A stretch of 64,000 nt of DNA from Schmidtea polychroa (lineage: Eukaryota). Within the stretch, counting starts at the first letter, position 1, and every line of letters begins with the position of its first letter. Below are positions 56,534-64,000 of this stretch, piece by piece. The position numbers and the translations under genes are program-made. The notes under the pieces are model-generated. The model did no database searches, was not told the origin of the DNA, and saw only the letters and a list, made by a program, of their open reading frames with translations. The stretch lies in assembly GCA_044892525.1 (NCBI GenBank), contig CM097885.1, positions 1,738,001 to 1,802,000 of the forward strand. Direction: 5' to 3'.

Positions 56534-56685
56534 CAAATTACGATCAAAATCTGGTGGATGAATTACCTGAAGACTTCAAAACTGGTGTTTATTACGGTTG
56601 GGCGCAAGTAAACAATGGTGAAGTGTTAAAATGTGTCATCAACGTTGGCTGGTGTCCATATTACCAAAACAAGCGCAAGTCATTT
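56534..56685 (+). CDS. RFK: Riboflavin kinase, coding exon 2
   Basis: cag|CA-NYDQNLVDELPEDFKTGVYYGWAQVNNGEVLKCVINVGWCPYYQNKRKSF|GTAAGC, with the RFK motifs GVYYGWA and GWxPYY. Confidence 0.95.
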
Positions 56686-56732
56686 GTAAGCAACGCATGT
56701 GATCGTGACCATTTATATTGCGTTGAAAATAG

Positions 56733-56835
56733 GAAACCCATATCATGGAAGTGTTTGACGAGGATTTTTATGGTGAAATTCTGCGTGTTATTATTGCCGG
56801 TTATATTCGACCAGAAATGAACTTTGATAATCTCG
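56733..56835 (+). CDS. RFK: Riboflavin kinase, coding exon 3
   Basis: After a 47-nt GT-AG intron (56686-56732): ETHIMEVFDEDFYGEILRVIIAGYIRPEMNFDNL+G|GTAAGT, with the catalytic ExH and the DFYG and YIRPE motifs. Confidence 0.95.
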
Positions 56836-57435
56836 GTAAGTATTCTGTGTGCATGCGTGTATGTGAGAGCGAGAGAGATTGTGAGGTCGAATAAACATAG
56901 TGATATTATGATCGTCGGCATTCGTCGTTGGTATATTAATTGAGTGTGATCTGGTTGTGTTTTGACAAGGTTCAAGGTCGCCAGAGTAAAATTGTCGATC
57001 ATCGGGCTTCTTTCATATATTTGCCGTCTCTCTCTGTCTCTGGTATTTCTAGCTTGTGTTACCGACAATTATCATGTCGGTAGTACAGTATTCTAATTTG
57101 GCATTCCTTGATCCTATCATATTTGCGGTCACATTTCAGATTGAATTGATTGCACTCTCCAGTCGATTTCGCCACATTTCACTTGAGCAATGTTTAGGAA
57201 TGTTGCAATTTTATGGAAATGCTGTTGGCATTTAAAAGCTTAATTACCTTTGTTAGCTGTTTGTTGAGGTCTCTGTCCATCTACCAGGTTGTTTGTCCAT
57301 TTTTACTGTCATCACATTCAGCCTTATAATTCTTTTCACAACTCTTTGCGACTTGCTAGTGTATAATAAATGTTTGCTTTGATATTTGGGCTCTTCTGCC
57401 ACAAGTTGCGAGCAATTGTTTTTATCTAATTACAG

Positions 57436-57554
57436 ATGCGCTTATCCGAATGATCCACAGCGACATTGATATTGCCAGCACTCAGCTGAATTGGCCGTCC
57501 AATTCCAGGATAAAATTGTTGTTTCACGAAATGTTTCAATCAAGATCAAATTAG
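57436..57554 (+). CDS. RFK: Riboflavin kinase, coding exon 4 (to stop)
   Basis: After a 600-nt phase-1 intron (ctaattacag acceptor): (D)ALIRMIHSDIDIASTQLNWPSNSRIKLLFHEMFQSRSN*, matching the LIxxIxxDIxxA C-terminal helix. TAG at 57552-57554. Confidence 0.9.
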
Positions 57555-59028
57555 ATTAACAAGAATGCATAATATTTTTAAATACATTACTATATATTAG
57601 GTATTACTAATAGGTATTCCCGCTCTTGTTCTTTTTATTTTTATTATTATTATGATTATTATCATTATCTAGTTAAAGAACATCTAGATCCTGGTGGAAA
57701 ATCCTCGGTATACAGACATTTCCAACAAAGTTAACGAAGGAAGGAAAGAAAAAATATTTTAATTTAAGTCTTAGCAATAGAAAAATACCAAATTTAAATA
57801 GGCAATTCTCATCATAAACAGACGACCAACAATACACTGAGGAAAAGATCAATGAAATCACCAGTCTGATAAGTCGTTATTGACATTGAGAATATTTTAT
57901 TTTTAAAAAATAATATAATTAATTAGGTCAAATTTTAAATTTTGTTTATGGAGAACTAGTTGCAAAACCTTTAAAAACTTGGACATTTTTTATTTTTTAC
58001 CTATAAGAAGAGAGAAGATCAAAAAGCTTTGGAAATTTAAGCGTCTAAATTCCAGAAAATTGAAAAGGATTATTTTTATAGTTGGAAATTCTTTCACTTT
58101 ATTGAAATATATACCAAGCAGCAAGGGGGTCATATTATCATTTAATTGTTTATTATTATTAATAAAACCTAGAAGTCCAAACGAATGAAATATATTTCAA
58201 AGAAATTATCTTCATAATTACTGTGCTATCGTTATGTATTATACGTAAAAACTGATGATGTAATAGTTATGATCTGATGAGTTAATTAAAGGTTCGTAGG
58301 TCATCAACTCAGCATTCACATTTTTGCTGTTCATGAATTATAAAAATTTGCAATTGAAATTCTGCGGTTCTATTGCGAGGTTTGATTATTTTCATGATGG
58401 TAATGATAAATAATAATTATAACACTCATTTAAAATTAAACACTAAAAAATTTTAAATTTAAACAAACAATTTTCATTAAATACGATGAAAAAACGATAG
58501 TTAATAAAAACGCCAAACTAATGTACTATATATTAAGGAAATTATCCTCATCATTCGTTTGCCTTTATAATCTATGTTAACAGTTATACGGAAACAATAA
58601 TGACATAAAGTTAATATTTAATGAGTTAATTTAATCAACCTTGTCTCCCATAATATTCTTTCCTAATTATTTTTAAATAATTTTTAAAATATTCACATTG
58701 AACATTTTTAATGCTTGCCCACGCCTTATATGACAATAATTCTCTCCAATGTATGTCGCATAGTGTGTCTCATAAAATATGCAAATTTGATGTTTTCTGG
58801 GTCTCATCAGCTAAAAAGTTTCTTTCTGGGCGAGTTAAAGGAAAAATTTCATAATAAAAAAATATTTAGGGGTCCCCCATACATGTCAAATTTTGTATTT
58901 TATTTTAAAAAAATATTCCGCTAATCATTTCTCCAACTAATAATTACAATAAATGATTTCAAATCCACTCTTTGAACACAATTATGCAGTATTTACTATT
59001 TAATATATTTACTGTGTAGTGTGTATAT

Positions 59029-59766
59029 CAGGGATTCAGGGTGGTGGTTTAAAACGCTCCTCTCCAGGCACCGCTTCATTAGTAAGCGATCCTGCTCCGC
59101 TCCATTAAAAAAATCGCTCTGGATTTAATATTTTAATGCATATTTTTCAGTTTTTTACCGCATATTTTTCAGTTTTTACCGCATTTTTTTCAATTATAAG
59201 TGCATGAACATCACAGCCTTACTAATAATATATAAATAATAAAATTTAAATGTACCTTTATTTAAGCTTCTTAATTTAAATTTATTTAAATTTTGTGTTT
59301 GACATTAGATATAAATTCATGTAAATATAAATCAATAAGTTTTATATGTTTTATATTACTCGTATATTTTTCCTATAAAGAAAAGTGAAGAATAATGAAA
59401 CTAAATATCAAGAGGATAATGATAAACTTACTTACTCAAGAATATTTAAAAAGACAAACAGTAAATAATTAAAAATTCTAAGACAAAATATAGATCGAAA
59501 TATTCAAATTATAATCAGCTGTTATTTGACACATCAACAAAAACTTAGATCCCAACATGCAAACTTCATTTTCCCGACAAGCAAAATTTTGATATCTAAG
59601 TAACAAAACTTACTAATTTTCCGAAACTGACACTATATTCGTTTTCGAATGGGACTTTAAAAAAATATGGGGCGGAACCGCATCGCCCTGCTCCTTCTAA
59701 ATGTTTTAGTCACTCCGCTCTTTATTCCAAGCAAATTTTCCGCTCAGGAGTCGCCCAGAATCCCTG
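59029..59766. mobile_element. 738-bp hAT-like MITE nested in the 58761-61938 element
   Basis: TIRs CAGGGATTCAGGGTG / rc CAGGGATTCTGGGCG (13/15). Internal ~21-bp triplicate gcatatttttcagtttttacc near 59138-59190. TSD degraded. Confidence 0.7.
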
Positions 59767-60356
59767 GTTAAATACAATTGGCTGGAAATTTTTATTATTA
59801 GGAACATCATTGTTGTCATATGCCGGTATGCCAAATCATACATTTACAGTAAATTTCTTTTAAAAGGTTCAATTATTATTAGCAGTCTGTACTAGCAGTA
59901 TAATATTGCTACACCAAACACCATCGAGATACATTTCCTATAATGTAAGAAAAAAATTAATAATCTTACATTATAGAAACATACATACTTACTTTGATTA
60001 CACGTTGATGATCTCATTTATAGTGCAGTGAGATACATCTTATACTATGGAAATCTAAAAATTGGAAGAAAAATTAAAAACTGCATACAAGCACAACACA
60101 TATTAAAAAACACATACAAACTTTTGGTTCATAGAAATGCACCGCTGAAATACGTTTCTATAATAACTTTATTTTAGACAATTTTGAGAGGAAAAAAAGA
60201 TGGCAGAAAATTTTTAAAAATATATTTTTAATGAAAATACGTTAAAATATCATAAAAATGACAAATTATCATCATGAGATTTATTTTATCAGTTAAAATT
60301 GGTCAAAGGACAAGGTAGGTGGCAGGAAACAAAAAATATAAGAAGAAGGATACAAA

Positions 60357-61130
60357 TTGTTGGGCTTTGTTAAAGGAAACATATGTGCTTCAATTGAAGA
60401 AATGAGAATTTACCTCCTTTTCGTAAACTGTGACGTATCAAAAACGACGTTTTCTTGTTTTTTAAAGAAACATCTCATAACAATGAAGGAATTTAGGCCA
60501 TGTGTTGCTGAACATAATTCAGATCGAGTAATGGAAATGAGATTACAGTTTGTAACTCGATTCCTGGAAAAAGAATGGAGTAATAAGAAATTTATTTATA
60601 TCGATAAATGCCGGTTTAATAGCTGGACAGGCCAAAAACGGGGAAGGAACAAAAAAAGTGAAATGTTATACAAAAGCCAAACAATAAACAGAGGACGAAA
60701 TAACACTTTTGCTCTGGCAATAGGCGTCAAAGGGTCAATTCTCCATAAATTAATTATAGGATCCTATAAAAGGGATACATACCAAACTTTTATTTGTGAG
60801 ATAACATCCAAATTGAATGAAACTGTATTGAATGAAACTTCATTCATGATAATGCCTTAATTCATGGAGTAGCATTATCACCAAATTATATGATTTAGCA
60901 TTTACCGCCATAGAGCTCATTCCTTAATCCAATTGAAGGCATGTTTAGCAAGATAAAATTTAATATTAGTAAAAGAATATCAAGAGCAGATGGATTTGGA
61001 TCAATGGTGTTTCAATTTACTGAAAAAAGCCCTTGATGTTGAGCTCATAAAAGAAGATTACAAATATTATTTTATTCATACTAGGCGATTTTTCCCAAAA
61101 TGTTTAAAAAATACATATTTTTGGTGATTA
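60357..61130 (+). pseudogene. Tc1/IS630-type (DDE_3) transposase pseudogene
   Basis: FIYIDKCRFN (YIDExGFN), RGRNNT..LAI, then after a frameshift IHDNALIH ... HLPP*SSFLNPIEGMFSKIK. In-frame stops present. Confidence 0.85.
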
Positions 61131-61422
61131 ATGTTTTTTATAGTTAAAGATATATATGACTCACATTTTTTTGAAATAATTCCAAAATACTTAAAAATAA
61201 ATGTCATAAAATTCCTAAAAAACGTTGGACTCAAAATGATGATACGTCCCTCTTGGTATATGAATCAAGAACTTGCCTCACTTGTTGTGTTCTCACAGCT
61301 GCCATGAGAAATCTAGGCTGATTTCTAACATGATTATGGGCGTGGCTCTTATCTATTGAAGACATTGCCAAGTAGCATTACTGAACTGAAAATCTCACAC
61401 AGAATCTTCAGCACAACCGGCA

Positions 61423-61665
61423 TTGACGACAGTTTCCTTGACATTCCCATTCCTTAGAGGCAACATGATTCACAACATAGCTTGTGTAAACGATGTTGCT
61501 GAGAGAGATGTTGCTGTGATACAGATGTTCAATCCCAGAACTAAAGATGAGGCTCAAAAGCAGTATCTGCTTGAAGTCGTCGAGCGGCATCAGAAACAGT
61601 TCCCCAGTGACAATCGTGACAGTCTTATGAACATGTATATTGTAGAAACTGGAGAAGAGACATGA
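61423..61665 (+). pseudogene. C-terminal transposase remnant of the enclosing hAT-like element
   Basis: VNDVAERDV..IQMFN..TKDE.QKQYLLEVVERHQKQFP resembles the VNDxAERxV...TxDE...QxLLQVVxxHR tail of invertebrate transposase-derived proteins. It lies just inside the right TIR. Confidence 0.6.
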
Positions 61666-62439
61666 GGTTTACAACTGAAATTTTTTTTAAATAGTGCTAC
61701 ACTGCTGCGTAATTCTAGTGATAATTATATGAGAAATTTGGGTATGTGCCTTTAAAAAGTATCGTTTTTAATATTTTTTAGCTAGCAACGTGAATATATA
61801 ATTGTTTGGCATGCTTGGGGACATCTAAATAATTTTGAAAAATTAAAAAAAAATTCCCTGTGATATCAGGTTGGCAAAAAAACTTTTTAGCAGGTGAGAG
61901 CAGGACTTTTCAAACTTTTATTTTTATAGGACACCTTAATGTCGCATATCATTCATTACATGGAAACTTATGTAGTAGATCAGATACTACGCTTAATTGA
62001 GGTTTGGGATGTCATGGTGATTTTGACACTTAAATATATTAGAATTGGATCCAGACCTTTTCAATGATTGATAGACTCGACATTAACTCTTGATCATAAA
62101 TTACTTGTCAAATTAAATAAATCTTTTAAATATGAAGTAGTTCAAAGCTTCATAAACTTGTTCGAATTCAACAAATCGTTGATGAAATTATCGAGTTGGA
62201 TGATATTTCTAAATGATATTAACATTACAGAATTTAACATGCTCACTGTTTCGATTCTCCATAGGCAAATGTGCATTAAATAGAAATGCAAATCCAAGAT
62301 CATCTGGAATAAGAAAGAATTAAAATTTCTACATGTTCAAAACACTAATAATTGTGAACTTTGTAATGTAAATATTGAAGAATATCATTTTGTAAATATT
62401 TAATGTTGTATGGATCAAGTTTTCCCATTTGACTATACG

Positions 62440-62441
<2 letters not shown>

Positions 62442-62495
<54 letters not shown>
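62442..62495. repeat. (AT)27 microsatellite
   Basis: Perfect AT run. Confidence 0.97.
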
Positions 62496-62497
<2 letters not shown>

Positions 62498-64000
62498 TCC
62501 CGGAACAATAAAAGAAATACGCCGTGTGCTCAATATGAAATTTTGATTTTTCTAAAATAAAGTTTTTTCTTAAATTGAAATTTGATCATTAGGGTTGTTT
62601 TATACGTTGGTTTAATCGTAAGGTAAATAAATTTTCAAAAAACAAAATGACGATTAAAACAATTTATCTATTATATAGGACCACATTAAATCGAAGGAGA
62701 TAATTTCATTGACTTAGGGGAAATAATGACTTAAAATTGATAGACGTGCTATTTTCTTATTTGATAGGTATCACCAATAGGGTAAAGTTATTTTTTGACA
62801 TTCTGTCATAGGTGACTCTAGCATCGTCATGTATATTTTATGCTTAGAAATATTTTGTTTAAATTAGATTTAATTAGTATGGCTCGGATGGATAAATTCT
62901 ACAAAGATGTGACGCGGTACACTATAGAAGTGGCTATCCAAGTCAAGACAGCCGAGTCTCTTGTAAGAAAATGTAGATGAATGGAAGGTACTTGATTCAG
63001 ACCGAAACAGGTACGAAAACTCCATCAAAAGATTGAAGATCTAAAGAAAGACCAATGAACAATTAGAAATAATAAAATAACTATTCTGAAGCAAGCTCAG
63101 AGAATTATAGATCTCTGGGCGCGAAATCATATTAACGCCGTCTCTTACAACGAGTTTGTACATCACCATCATATGTATCATCATGGGTACATATGTCGGA
63201 ACACATTAGTCATGTAGCGTTTAACCAAGAGCTGATACACACAATTTGAATTATCTTTTCGTTTCTCCCCGTAAATGCCAATAATAATAATGATAATAAT
63301 CATAGTGATTGTAATGGTCATGGTGGCACCATAAGAAGGAGGCGTATATCATTTGCCTAACTGAAGGATCACACAATACATAGATCCAAGCCTTAAAAAG
63401 AAGCCGATAACGACATGTTGAAATATTTTTTTTAATTTATTTAGTTCAAACAAATGAATAATTATTTTAAATATTTTCACGATGTTCCGTGGATAGCTTT
63501 CTTCATCTCGTTGATGGAATATCAAATGTTCGAGTTGGTTGAAATCAATAGAAATGGTGTACCAACCATCAAGGAGAGTAATTATGAGTATAAACGAACT
63601 ATAGAAAGATAATCGGATCAATGCATTATCAAGGGTTTCCAAGTTTCACTAGTGAAGCTCAGCCTTTGCTGACGACCGCCCATTTGAAAAAGTATTGCAA
63701 TTGCCTTGCAGTGAATTTCAAATGGTCTTTGAAGTTGCGTTGGAATATGGAAATTGAGTCAATCACAAAAAAGAACATTAGGAGAAAATGAATTTAGAAA
63801 AAGAAATTAATCAAATAGAAAAAGGTTCGGGAGCAGCCATCAACGGAGCGGATCAGTTGAATATAATTTATTTATTTTGCATTTATATAACTGTACATTT
63901 TATATGATTCTATAATTTTGTTAAGTTATTGGGTTGGTGACAATGTGTGTTTTATTAATTTGTTTTATTAATTCACAAATTAACACTCTCGAACACGATA

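Larger units (their letters stand above)
58761..61938 (+). mobile_element. 3,178-bp DNA transposon relic with long imperfect TIRs and an 8-bp TSD (hAT-like, possibly hATm group), carrying nested insertions
   Basis: TSD ATGTCGCA at 58753-58760 and 61939-61946. Termini TAGTGTGTCTCATAAAAT vs rc TAAGGTGTCCTATAAAAA. Subterminal inverted matches TCTCATCAGCTAAAAAGTTT / TCTCACCTGCTAAAAAGTTT and TATTTAGGGGTCCCC / TATTTAGATGTCCCC. Confidence 0.8.

Noticed and set aside
56512..56820. 102-aa ORF as a standalone gene
   Set aside because: It is RFK exon 2 plus read-through into intron 2 and out-of-frame exon 3.
56661..57068. 135-aa minus-strand ORF
   Set aside because: Antisense to RFK exons 2-3 and intron 3; no motif.
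62345..62533. YIYIYI ORF
   Set aside because: Translation of the (AT)n microsatellite.
63349..63642. 97-aa hydrophobic minus-strand ORF and nearby GC-richer DNA (62800-63860)
   Set aside because: No recognisable motif or convincing splice structure in any frame; possibly decayed repeat.

Overview
Very AT-rich eukaryotic (probably animal) genomic DNA. The only recognisable host gene is a four-exon riboflavin kinase (RFK) on the + strand: 6850-6952, 56534-56685, 56733-56835 and 57436-57554, giving 158 aa when spliced by hand. The ORF track does not assemble it. Its first intron is 49,581 bp, against 47 and 600 bp for the other two. About 39.4 kb of that intron (7871-47248) is a single ~21-bp AT-rich satellite with higher-order block duplications, and its sense strand is almost free of GT and AG dinucleotides. 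The rest of the window is transposon debris: a Gypsy integrase end, a frameshifted ZMYM1/Tip100-like hAT, a Helitron-like end interrupted by a second hAT, a deleted Gypsy relic, several MITEs with clear TIRs, and a 3.2-kb TSD-flanked hAT-like element containing a MITE and a Tc1/IS630-type pseudogene. All coordinates were read by eye. The organism cannot be identified from this window.
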